From a virus, in the IMG/VR virus record IMGVR_UViG_3300045988_043886, positions 1 to 13,412 of that record: a stretch of 13,412 bases of DNA, one strand, 5' to 3'. The translations under genes and the position numbers were made by a program. Below are positions 1 through 6,585 of the stretch, piece after piece (position 1 is the stretch's first letter; each line of letters starts with the position of its first letter). The notes beneath the pieces were generated by a model. That model ran no database searches, was not told where the DNA came from, and saw nothing but the letters and a program-made list of their open reading frames with translations.

Positions 1-53
1 GTTTCTTCACCGCCTGGGTACGTGCCGACGTTTCCGCGTCCAGGTCATTTTGC
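1..53. repeat. Terminal direct overlap, copy 1 (identical to 13360..13412); circular-closure signature giving a 13,359-bp unit
   Basis: Direct comparison: gtttcttcaccgcctgggtacgtgccgacgtttccgcgtccaggtcattttgc occurs at both window ends. A minus-strand ORF reads through the join in frame. Confidence 0.95.
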
Positions 54-181
54 AGGTCATTTTGCAGGTCCTCTATTTTCTGGTTCATCGACGTGGAAAG
101 CTGGGTGATTTTGGTATGAGCGTCCACATCATATACCGAATAGCTGGTGTTGCTCACCTTGATATTTTTTACATTGGGCAT
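1..181 (-). CDS. 5' segment of the tailspike / pre-neck-appendage-like CDS (continues at 13359 down to 11879 in the circular map; full product 553 aa)
   Basis: ATG at 179-181, preceded by GGGAGGGGTG (complement of 186..195) with a 4-nt gap between that string and the ATG. Hand translation gives MPNVKNIKVSNTSYSVYDVDAHTKITQLSTSMNQKIEDLQNDLQNDLDAETSARTQAV, then KKLENAVAAL..., in frame with the 11879..13369 ORF. The track's 'M' at 13367-13369 is an internal GTG (Val). Confidence 0.8.
   Translation of the reverse strand, partial: MPNVKNIKVSNTSYSVYDVDAHTKITQLSTSMNQKIEDLQNDLQNDLDAETSARTQAVKK
41..70. repeat. 12-bp tandem repeat (caggtcattttg, about 2.5 copies) encoding QNDL-QNDL in the tailspike N-terminal coil
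   Basis: Units at 41-52 and 53-64, with a partial unit at 65-70. The window's 3' end (13412 = position 53) lies at the boundary after the first unit. Confidence 0.9.
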
Positions 182-195
182 AATTCACCCCTCCC

Positions 196-834
196 TTAGC
201 TCTCATGGGTTCCGGTGGTGATTTTGATGGTTTGTGTATCGGGGTTGTATTCGTGTGTGTCTCCCGCAACAACGATTTTATTCGCGTCCTCGAAAAATCC
301 AAGAATGAGTGTTTCGGTTTCATCCTCATATTTTGCATGATCAAGACCCAGAATATACGCGAAAATCTCGTTTACGCTGGTTTCCACGCAGTTGGTGCCC
401 GGCACGTACTCGGTACCGACTTGCATATACTGGATAACCCTGTACAGGTCATTATCCAGCCATACCAGGGTATTGATTCCCCGGTCAGCACTTGCGGTGG
501 TTTTGAGTTTCTCATCGAACGGCGTAATAGCCGCCTTGATGGAGCCCCACAGCTCATCGAAATTACCAATTTTGGTCCAGTATTCTGTCCTTTCCAGGGA
601 CACACCAGAGGGCACCGGCTGCACAGACAAATACGCATTGCCGTTCTTATCCACAACAACGGTATTTTCTTCGTACTGTCTGGTGATATCCCACAAAAGC
701 GGATTTGCATACTTGATGGAGGCCAGACTAATGAAATTTTCCAGCTTGTCGGAAAACTCTCCCATTTTCTGCAAAATCCAATCAAGATTCAAATCGTGAA
801 AATCGGTATAGGGGTACCCGTGAAATACACCCAT
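196..834 (-). CDS. Putative receptor-binding / tail fibre protein (212 aa) with a CBM5/12-like carbohydrate-binding motif
   Basis: ATG at 834, with AAGGAGGT 6 nt upstream. It lies between the collar-like gene and the tailspike. The segment LWDITRQYEENTVVVDKNGNAYLSVQPVPSGVSLERTEYWTKI fits the W..Y..g..V...Y...P...W pattern of CBM5/12-type modules. The N-terminal motif is YPYTDFHDLNLDWIL. No enzymatic motif was recognised. Confidence 0.4.
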   Translation of the reverse strand: MGVFHGYPYTDFHDLNLDWILQKMGEFSDKLENFISLASIKYANPLLWDITRQYEENTVVVDKNGNAYLSVQPVPSGVSLERTEYWTKIGNFDELWGSIKAAITPFDEKLKTTASADRGINTLVWLDNDLYRVIQYMQVGTEYVPGTNCVETSVNEIFAYILGLDHAKYEDETETLILGFFEDANKIVVAGDTHEYNPDTQTIKITTGTHES

Positions 835-846
835 GTTGTAACCTCC

Positions 847-1464
847 TTAATATACAAGCAGACAAAATTTATGCTTTATATCGTCAACAATCTTTGCAAC
901 GACGTTTTCCGATGCCAGGGCGATTTCTGCTGTTACCAGACTTTGCGCCGATTTACCGGTCCGCCCCTGGTAGGTTTCGGTGTCGGTGTACGTATTGGTG
1001 CCCTCGGTTGTGTCGGTGCCGGTGCTCGTGATGGTGTTACCGGTGCCCAATTGTGTGGTGTTTTTCTCTGCCGTCTGAAGCTGCGCGGAATCGAACCCCA
1101 CGACTTCTCGGGTGGTGGAATCGCTGCCGTTATTCTGGCCGGTAGTGGTCAAATTCGGTGACCGGGTACTGCTATCTTCCCCCGAATGTTCCAACGTTCT
1201 GGTGCGCTCGTCGGTATCCAGTGGATTATATTCCAGGCCCAGTGCCTTTGCGTACCGGGTCCAGCTCGGTAACATCATCGTAGAATAGGCAGCCAAGGCC
1301 CGGGCCATGACTGGCCCGCTGCTGATCATGACTTCCAACTCCATGGTACTGATCAACAGGTTTTCAACGACAGTCTCTTTGTCCACTCCCTTCGGCACCT
1401 GTAATCCATCAAACAAAGACGGGTACCCGATCAAAAGCCCGTCAAAGCTGAGTGTCGCGTGCAT
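847..1464 (-). CDS. Putative lower collar / head-tail adaptor protein (205 aa; occupies the phi29 gp11 position)
   Basis: ATG at 1464, with AGGAGGTG 7 nt upstream. It overlaps the portal 3' end by 23 nt. The assignment rests on synteny only (directly downstream of the portal, as gene 11 is in phi29). The central region is Thr/Gly/Asn-rich and low in complexity. Confidence 0.4.
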   Translation of the reverse strand: MHATLSFDGLLIGYPSLFDGLQVPKGVDKETVVENLLISTMELEVMISSGPVMARALAAYSTMMLPSWTRYAKALGLEYNPLDTDERTRTLEHSGEDSSTRSPNLTTTGQNNGSDSTTREVVGFDSAQLQTAEKNTTQLGTGNTITSTGTDTTEGTNTYTDTETYQGRTGKSAQSLVTAEIALASENVVAKIVDDIKHKFCLLVY

Positions 1465-2386
1465 CTGTGGTCACCTCCTGTGTACCTGTGTCGGGCGGGA
1501 ATCGCCAGTCTACCCACAAAGTAGACTTGTCCAGGCCGAACAGCTTGTGCACCCGTTCGCATCCCCGCTGCAAGCTGTCCAGCCACAAAGAAGCTTTTGC
1601 CGCCGTTTCCACGTTGTTGGAATTGACCTCATCGGTCAGCATCCGTTCTTTTTTGCTGGTGTTGGTGTTGGGAATGCCTACTTCGGTATCAAACAGCGCC
1701 TTGATGGTTTTCAAAGCCGTCAACAATTCGTTGGTGATGAAATTTCCTTTAAGGTCCGTAGCAAAGTACATCCACGGGGCTTGCCCAGAGGCACCGCTTT
1801 TGTACGTTTTGAGCAACGTGGAATCGACAAACACAGCCGGATTTCCTTGCATGATCTGGTCGAACATCTTTTTAAAAGATTCTGCTCCCGCCTTGTTTCC
1901 GGCTGCAAACACATAGGCCAAGCGGCTGTTGATCAGATTGCTTTGGATGGTCTGGGCCGCAAGGGTCATCATATCCCCATAGTAGGCCACGATATCAACC
2001 ATGCCCCGGTAGTCCGGCTGCAAATGGATAATTTCGCATTGCTTGCCGATCTGCAAATATTTGGTGCCCTTGATAAAGGGGTTGGCAACCACCGTATGGG
2101 TGGGGTTGTAAAAAACATTGATACCGGTCAAGCCCATATGATCATATACAAGGCCGTATCTGTCAGTGTTGAATACAGATACTCCGCCTTCACCGAAAAC
2201 CAGGTATTCAAGCCGGTTTTGCGGCCAGGTATCGGGCAGCGTCCACTTTACCATAGACACCGCTTCCAGGAAAAGATACTTCCTGAAATAGTACGACAGG
2301 GCGTTACCCTTTGTATGCACCACCGATGGAGTGACCGGGGACGTGTAGGCGTTGACCTGCTCATAGCTATAAGGTGGAACACTCAC
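1442..2386 (-). CDS. Portal / upper collar connector protein (phi29 gp10-like, 314 aa)
   Basis: Size is close to phi29 gp10 (309 aa). The block SKKERMLTDEVNSNNVE...CERVHKLFGL resembles the remembered gp10 block EKKERMVTDEVSSNDEQ...CEKINELYGL. The GTG start at 2384-2386 overlaps the M23 stop (GTGA), with AGGAGGGGG 8 nt upstream. Confidence 0.8.
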   Translation of the reverse strand: MSVPPYSYEQVNAYTSPVTPSVVHTKGNALSYYFRKYLFLEAVSMVKWTLPDTWPQNRLEYLVFGEGGVSVFNTDRYGLVYDHMGLTGINVFYNPTHTVVANPFIKGTKYLQIGKQCEIIHLQPDYRGMVDIVAYYGDMMTLAAQTIQSNLINSRLAYVFAAGNKAGAESFKKMFDQIMQGNPAVFVDSTLLKTYKSGASGQAPWMYFATDLKGNFITNELLTALKTIKALFDTEVGIPNTNTSKKERMLTDEVNSNNVETAAKASLWLDSLQRGCERVHKLFGLDKSTLWVDWRFPPDTGTQEVTTDARDTQL

Positions 2387-2946
2387 AATAAACGCCCCCT
2401 CCTAGCCATTTTAAACATGAGCCATACCGGTATTTTCCCTTTCGGCCAGGGGTCCGGGCCCGGGTCAGGGTCCGGGTCCGGACCCGGACCGGGGTCCACA
2501 CTTGCGTCCCATTCCACATCATAGACGCCCCGGGCGTTCGGGACACCGATAATGCCGGACGGGTCCAGCAGCGCACCGCCTGCGGTGGCATATTCCCAGT
2601 GTGTGTGAATACCGGTAGCGTTGCCGGTCTCGCCCTGGGTGCCGATAAAGTTACCTTTGTTGATGGTATCGCCGACGTGCCAGAGCTGGCTTGCGAAATG
2701 AGCCGCGCGCCAGGTGCGGCCGTCCGCCATCTGCACCTTGATCATGTTGCCCCAAGACTGGTCACCGGTGATGGTGTGGCCGTCCCATACCTGGGCCACC
2801 ACTACAGTACCAGAGGCCGGGGCGAAAGCCTTATGATCACCGTGTACCGTGTCAATGCCCCGGTGGGCCGTGCCATCGGGGTACGCCGGATACCCAGCAG
2901 TCACGGTAATGGTAGGCATATCGGTAATACTCTGCTTATATGCCAT
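2383..2946 (-). CDS. M23 (LytM-type) metallopeptidase, probably a virion-associated peptidoglycan hydrolase (187 aa)
   Basis: HRGID (HxxxD) and HTHWE (HxH) zinc-ligand motifs. A PGPGPDPDPDPGPDP linker is followed by a short hydrophobic/basic tail (IPVWLMFKMARRGRLL). The track's start at 2955 is a GTG inside the AGGAGGTG site; the ATG at 2946, 8 nt after the GGAGG core, is preferred. Confidence 0.8.
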   Translation of the reverse strand: MAYKQSITDMPTITVTAGYPAYPDGTAHRGIDTVHGDHKAFAPASGTVVVAQVWDGHTITGDQSWGNMIKVQMADGRTWRAAHFASQLWHVGDTINKGNFIGTQGETGNATGIHTHWEYATAGGALLDPSGIIGVPNARGVYDVEWDASVDPGPGPDPDPDPGPDPWPKGKIPVWLMFKMARRGRLL

Positions 2947-2960
2947 TATATGCACCTCCT

Positions 2961-4376
2961 TTACTCATAGAAAAAACCATTTTTGAGATAGCTTTTCACG
3001 CTGTCGATCTCTGCTGCCGTAGCGGGCAAAGATATATCAGGGTCATCTACCATGATATACCCGGGGATACTGGATAGCTGCACCCGTCGGCATAGGGGCC
3101 TCCCGTGGTCCTCGTTGTTGTCGTTGACCAGGTCATAAAACCGCCCGGTTATGTATGGCGTGATGCCGTACTTTGCGACGCTGGAAACACCGCCTTTGGA
3201 TTGACTTTGCACTGTCGTCTGCTGCGCTCCCGACGCAATGCCGTTGAGAACATCGCCACCACTAAAAAATGCAGAAATTCCACCGGCTACCGCTCCGATA
3301 GCACTTTGAATCAGACCACTTACAGATGCCACCTCGTCCACGTTTGTAGCTATCTGTGCAAGCTGCACAGATACCGCGATGGAGCCCGACGTGCTGTAAA
3401 CGATGGTGGAAAAATCATTGGAGAAAGACAAATCCAGAACTGCATCCCCGGTGTAAAAATCAACGGTTAGTCTGCAATACAATGTGGACTGCTGCACAAA
3501 AAGATTTGCATTGAGCTTGATCTCTCCAAACGGCGGGCAGTACAAAGTGTAGTCAGAATACGGGGCGCCATCTACATACACACCCCGAGAGATATTTTCC
3601 GGGTGGTGCGGGGTGGAAATGGAAAATGTGTAGCTTGCTTTGTCGTTTCCAGCTTGCACCACACAGGCGTCACCCACGCCCGGTAGTTTCCACCAGCCAA
3701 CGGGAATTTCGGTGATAGGCTGCCCGATAGCAGCATTGCCAAGAGGCAGCCAAAACGCTTTTGTAATGTACTGGATGGGGTTAAACAGTGCCTTTGTCAG
3801 ATTGTTGCTGATTTCCTTGGCGTCAATATCCAGGTAATCGGTATCACTTAACAGCGCGTCAATCAACGCCCCAAACGTAGTACCGCTCATAGCCAGAAAC
3901 ACGGCACCACCAAAAGACACATACCCGGGGGCATTTACTGCTACCACGAAAAAACCTCTGGATGGGTGCTCCCAATTGTCGGTAAAGGGGGTGTCATTGG
4001 CATAAATGGTTTTTGTAGTGATATGAGCGGTGGTAGGGTACAGGGTATCACACACCGTGGGGTTATACTGTGCCGATGATCGAAGCACATACTCGGTAGC
4101 GCTGCCGATCTGGTCCCGGTAGCTTGCCAGAGCATCCACCACCAGCGAGCCCGTCCATAGTCCATCGGAAAAAGTCCAGTTTTTCACCCAGTAGTAACGC
4201 CCCCATGTGGGGATATAGCAGTAGTTATATCCGGTCGGGTTTGCGTTGGTAGCAATTTTGATTTCGGGGTTGATGATGTTGCATGGGGACTTAACCTCGA
4301 TGTTATACGGGGTTCCGCTGGTGGGGCGTCTGGTGCTGTTGGTGCGCTTCGGGAAAACATAAAAGGTTGCTTGCAC
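2961..4376 (-). CDS. Tail knob protein (phi29 gp9-like, 471 aa)
   Basis: GTG start at 4374-4376, with AGGAGG 7 nt upstream. It occupies the gp9 position after the capsid gene. The Gly-rich hydrophobic segment AIGAVAGGISAFFSGG and the C-terminal ...AAEIDSVKSYLKNGFFYE resemble remembered gp9 segments (MIGGGISAGASAAGG; ...LQEIRTIFDNGITLWH). Confidence 0.6.
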   Translation of the reverse strand: MQATFYVFPKRTNSTRRPTSGTPYNIEVKSPCNIINPEIKIATNANPTGYNYCYIPTWGRYYWVKNWTFSDGLWTGSLVVDALASYRDQIGSATEYVLRSSAQYNPTVCDTLYPTTAHITTKTIYANDTPFTDNWEHPSRGFFVVAVNAPGYVSFGGAVFLAMSGTTFGALIDALLSDTDYLDIDAKEISNNLTKALFNPIQYITKAFWLPLGNAAIGQPITEIPVGWWKLPGVGDACVVQAGNDKASYTFSISTPHHPENISRGVYVDGAPYSDYTLYCPPFGEIKLNANLFVQQSTLYCRLTVDFYTGDAVLDLSFSNDFSTIVYSTSGSIAVSVQLAQIATNVDEVASVSGLIQSAIGAVAGGISAFFSGGDVLNGIASGAQQTTVQSQSKGGVSSVAKYGITPYITGRFYDLVNDNNEDHGRPLCRRVQLSSIPGYIMVDDPDISLPATAAEIDSVKSYLKNGFFYE

Positions 4377-4397
4377 GTCTGCACCTCCTTATAAAAT

Positions 4398-4421
4398 ATC
4401 GGCGGGCAGATGCCCGCCGAT
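4398..4421 (-). terminator. Rho-independent terminator downstream of the capsid gene
   Basis: Perfect 10-bp stem ATCGGCGGGC / GCCCGCCGAT with a 4-nt loop. On the minus strand it is followed by AUUUUAU and begins 3 nt after the capsid TGA (4424-4426). Confidence 0.7.
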
Positions 4422-4423
4422 TA

Positions 4424-5692
4424 TCAGGACTTCGCCGGGTCAGCTTCTTTGGTGGTGGAAGATTTCAGCAGACTTGAGCGCTTGAGACTTGCGGGTGGGG
4501 TAACGTCGCCGGACGTCATGAGGAAAAGCACCGCATTCTCGGTGAAGTCGTCGTACCAGCTCCACCCATAATGGTACCAGAAATTGGTGTACAGGCCCCG
4601 CGCGTTCATAGGAGTGGGAACAATACGGTTCAGGCGCGGGGTGTAGCCAATAGCGTCAAAGTCCAGCAGGCAGCCAAAAACATTGGAAAGCTGCACCGCT
4701 GCATTTTTCTGAGCCACACCTGCGTTAGTAGTAACCACCGGGGTGGCGCTGATCTGGTCGCGATTGTCCAGGTTCTGCCAGAACGTGATCAGCTCGGCGT
4801 CGCGGTATTTCAGCAAATTGTCATGGAACACCTGCGGAATAACTTTGGCGTCAATCTGGCTCTGGGTGCCGCTGTACAGGTACAGGTGCTGCCGATCATA
4901 CGGGGTATGACGCATCAAGTCGTACTTGGTACCGCCAATGGTCCAATTCTGGTGCCACTTGATAGACCGCTCCTTGAGCAAACGGGAAATATCGTTGATA
5001 CGGCCATACGCGTAAGCCGCAAAGCCGGGGAAGTTGGCTTCCTTGTACACGTCCGGCACCTTCAGACTGGTTCCCTGCTGGGCGTTGTACTCGTCCAGCA
5101 GATAGACCACGCTGTCGGGGTTCGTGACGGTCATGCCGGTCAAATGGTTCGCCATCAAGTTGGCGGCCAGGTTGCGCCGGTCCATCTCGATCTGATTCGA
5201 CAGATGCAGGACGAAAGAAGACCAGAACTGCGCCAGTTCTTCGGGGCCCTTGAATGCCGCTTCCATCTGGGTGTCAGCCTGGGTGTAGACCCGGCTGTAG
5301 TTCGTCTGTCCATAGTAGTTAGTCTGTAGCACTTTGGGCTTGTGCACCTCGTACATATCCACAGACTGACCATCGGTCAGCGCCCACGCCTTATCAGTCA
5401 CGGGGTCAGAGTCGCAGAAATTGATTTTACGACGATGATTGGCCCAGTCGTCCCCGGTGACCTGAAGATTGGGCATAGGGGCGTCGTAGGGACGGACCGC
5501 AAAGACGGTTCGGCCCAACACCTGGGAAATTGCTTTGGAGTAGTTGTCGGTGCCGGTAAGCAAGGTTGCCTGTGCAACGCTGGTAAAAGTGGACGTATCC
5601 ACAATAGGAGTGGTGGATTCCTGGCCGGTGGCAATTTTGTTGATCTCTGTTAAAATCGCGGAAATATCCGCAAAGTCCATGCCAAGGGGCAT
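4424..5692 (-). CDS. Major capsid protein (phi29 gp8-like HK97 fold, 422 aa)
   Basis: The block NARGLYTNFWYHYGWSWYDDFTENAVLF resembles the remembered phi29 gp8 block [28 protein letters not shown]. It sits directly after the scaffold-like gene and is followed by a strong terminator. No C-terminal Ig-like extension is apparent. Confidence 0.85.
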   Translation of the reverse strand: MPLGMDFADISAILTEINKIATGQESTTPIVDTSTFTSVAQATLLTGTDNYSKAISQVLGRTVFAVRPYDAPMPNLQVTGDDWANHRRKINFCDSDPVTDKAWALTDGQSVDMYEVHKPKVLQTNYYGQTNYSRVYTQADTQMEAAFKGPEELAQFWSSFVLHLSNQIEMDRRNLAANLMANHLTGMTVTNPDSVVYLLDEYNAQQGTSLKVPDVYKEANFPGFAAYAYGRINDISRLLKERSIKWHQNWTIGGTKYDLMRHTPYDRQHLYLYSGTQSQIDAKVIPQVFHDNLLKYRDAELITFWQNLDNRDQISATPVVTTNAGVAQKNAAVQLSNVFGCLLDFDAIGYTPRLNRIVPTPMNARGLYTNFWYHYGWSWYDDFTENAVLFLMTSGDVTPPASLKRSSLLKSSTTKEADPAKS

Positions 5693-5693
5693 T

Positions 5694-6071
5694 TTAGTTC
5701 ACATCCTTTCCATAGGTGGGGTCAATAATGCGGGCCGTGATGGTGTCGGCGGTAGCTGCGGGCTGCTGCTGCACACCCATACCCACCGCGTTGGCCTGCA
5801 TGGTCTGGGTCATGGCCTGCTGCCCCTGTAAAATCTGTTGAAGCAGAGTTTCCAGGCCGTCATACTGACCGCCCGGCTGTGCGGGAGGGGTGGTCTGCTG
5901 CTGATTCTGTGCGGGCGGGGTGGTCTGCTGCTGATTCTGTGCGGGCGGGGTGGTCTGCTGCTGATTCTGTACGGTGGCCGGGGCCGGATTCTGCGCGGGC
6001 GCTTCCATGGCTTCAATCTCTGCTTTACTGTACCCGGCCCGGGCAAGAGCCACTTTTTCACTGATTTTCAA
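5694..6071 (-). CDS. Putative scaffolding protein (125 aa) with an internal Q/T/P-rich triple repeat
   Basis: Lies immediately upstream of the capsid gene (phi29 gene 7 position). Small, with predicted helical ends (KISEKVALARAGYSKAEIEAME...; LETLLQQILQGQQAMTQTMQ). TTG start at 6069-6071, with GGAGG 9 nt upstream. Confidence 0.5.
   Translation of the reverse strand: MKISEKVALARAGYSKAEIEAMEAPAQNPAPATVQNQQQTTPPAQNQQQTTPPAQNQQQTTPPAQPGGQYDGLETLLQQILQGQQAMTQTMQANAVGMGVQQQPAATADTITARIIDPTYGKDVN
5877..5970. repeat. 30-bp tandem repeat, 3 full copies plus a partial one, in frame (NQQQTTPPAQ x3)
   Basis: Copies at 5877-5906, 5907-5936 and 5937-5966. Copy 1 differs by one synonymous base (5886 a vs c). 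A partial fourth copy starts at 5967. Confidence 0.95.
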
Positions 6072-6291
6072 TTTTAATCGCCTCCATCACAACGTATTTG
6101 TCAGAGGCCAGGCATTTTACCACCTGGTCTTTGTCGCCTTTGGTGACAGGGCCCACCGCGCAGCACTGCCGCGTGTGAGCGTCGTCGGCCCAGTCGCTAT
6201 AGTAGTCGATTTTCAATCGTGCGCACAGATCAGCCAGCAGAAACGCGCGCTCATTGCTCACAGACTGGGCGAAAATGATAAAACAGCCCAT
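6058..6291 (-). CDS. Hypothetical protein (77 aa, 5 Cys)
   Basis: ATG at 6291, with AAGGAGGG 7 nt upstream. It starts 3 nt after the upstream stop and overlaps the scaffold start by 14 nt. No motif recognised. Confidence 0.55.
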   Translation of the reverse strand: MGCFIIFAQSVSNERAFLLADLCARLKIDYYSDWADDAHTRQCCAVGPVTKGDKDQVVKCLASDKYVVMEAIKIENQ

Positions 6292-6294
6292 TGG

Positions 6295-6453
6295 TCAGCC
6301 CTCCTTTTTCAGGTCATCCAGGGCCAGCCGCATTTCCGTAATGGCTGCTGTGTTCTCCTTGACCACCGTATTGCATTGATACCACATGAGCAGGAACGCG
6401 GCAATGGGGAATCCTACGTTGGAAATAGCCTGCATCAAACTGGTCATATCCAT
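6295..6453 (-). CDS. YvrJ-family-like small membrane protein (52 aa), holin candidate
   Basis: MDMTSLMQAISNVGFPIAAFLLMWY... matches the xSNxGFPIxxxxLL core of the Firmicute YvrJ family. It has one hydrophobic helix and then a charged helix. ATG at 6453, with AGGAGGTG 7 nt upstream. The 82-aa track ORF extends into a structured non-coding leader. Confidence 0.6.
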   Translation of the reverse strand: MDMTSLMQAISNVGFPIAAFLLMWYQCNTVVKENTAAITEMRLALDDLKKEG

Positions 6454-6481
6454 TTTTACGCACCTCCTATAGATACAAGTA

Positions 6482-6551
6482 AATCCCCGGTTCTTGCGCT
6501 GGCTGACGCTTGCCCGCCCCTTCTGGGGGCTGCCGATGGGCACCGGGGATT
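6482..6551 (-). promoter_or_regulatory. GC-rich structured RNA element (about 70 nt, predicted three-way junction) at the 5' end of the predicted late transcript
   Basis: Hand fold of the minus-strand RNA. A 10-bp closing stem AAUCCCCGGU / ACCGGGGAUU (6542-6551 with 6482-6491) encloses hairpin GCCCC-CAGAA-GGGGC, extended by GCCC/GGGC across a 7-nt bulge, plus a weak GCG...CGC hairpin. The stem begins about 7 nt after the -10 box, at the expected transcription start. Confidence 0.45.
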
Positions 6552-6557
6552 ATCTTT

Positions 6558-6585
6558 AGTATATTCGGTTGTGAAAAATTGTCAA
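6558..6585 (-). promoter_or_regulatory. Sigma-A/sigma-70-like promoter (TTGACA - 16 nt - TATACT)
   Basis: Minus-strand TTGACA at 6580-6585, overlapping the ATPase stop codon, and TATACT at 6558-6563, with a 16-nt spacer. It is upstream of the lysis/structural gene block. Confidence 0.55.

Noticed and set aside
1-53. The 53-nt terminal direct repeat as a physical terminal redundancy of a linear genome (T7-style DTR)
   Set aside because: A complete, RBS-equipped CDS reads in frame across the join, so the window ends fall inside a gene. This fits an assembly overlap of a circular or permuted map better than real termini.
129-344. 71-aa minus-strand ORF and other short nested ORFs (e.g. 372..785, 1720..1914, 3941..4165, 4184..4384, 5155..5373, 7100..7354, 8615..8959)
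   Set aside because: They are nested out of frame within larger motif-supported genes, lack SD sites and have compositionally biased translations.
2469-2490. 22-bp perfect palindrome ggtccgggtccggacccggacc
   Set aside because: It sits inside the M23 CDS and is a by-product of GGT/CCG/GAC codon repeats encoding the PG/PD linker. No flanking regulatory context.
5877-5970. Three regularly spaced 30-bp repeats as a possible CRISPR array
   Set aside because: The repeats are directly adjacent with no spacers. They are in frame and translate to an identical peptide repeat inside a CDS.
6454-6543. N-terminal extension of the YvrJ-like ORF (82-aa version starting at 6543)
   Set aside because: The extension has no SD, is Arg/Ser-rich and runs through the strongly paired leader. 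A perfect AGGAGGTG sits 7 nt before the internal ATG at 6453, where the family-like sequence begins.
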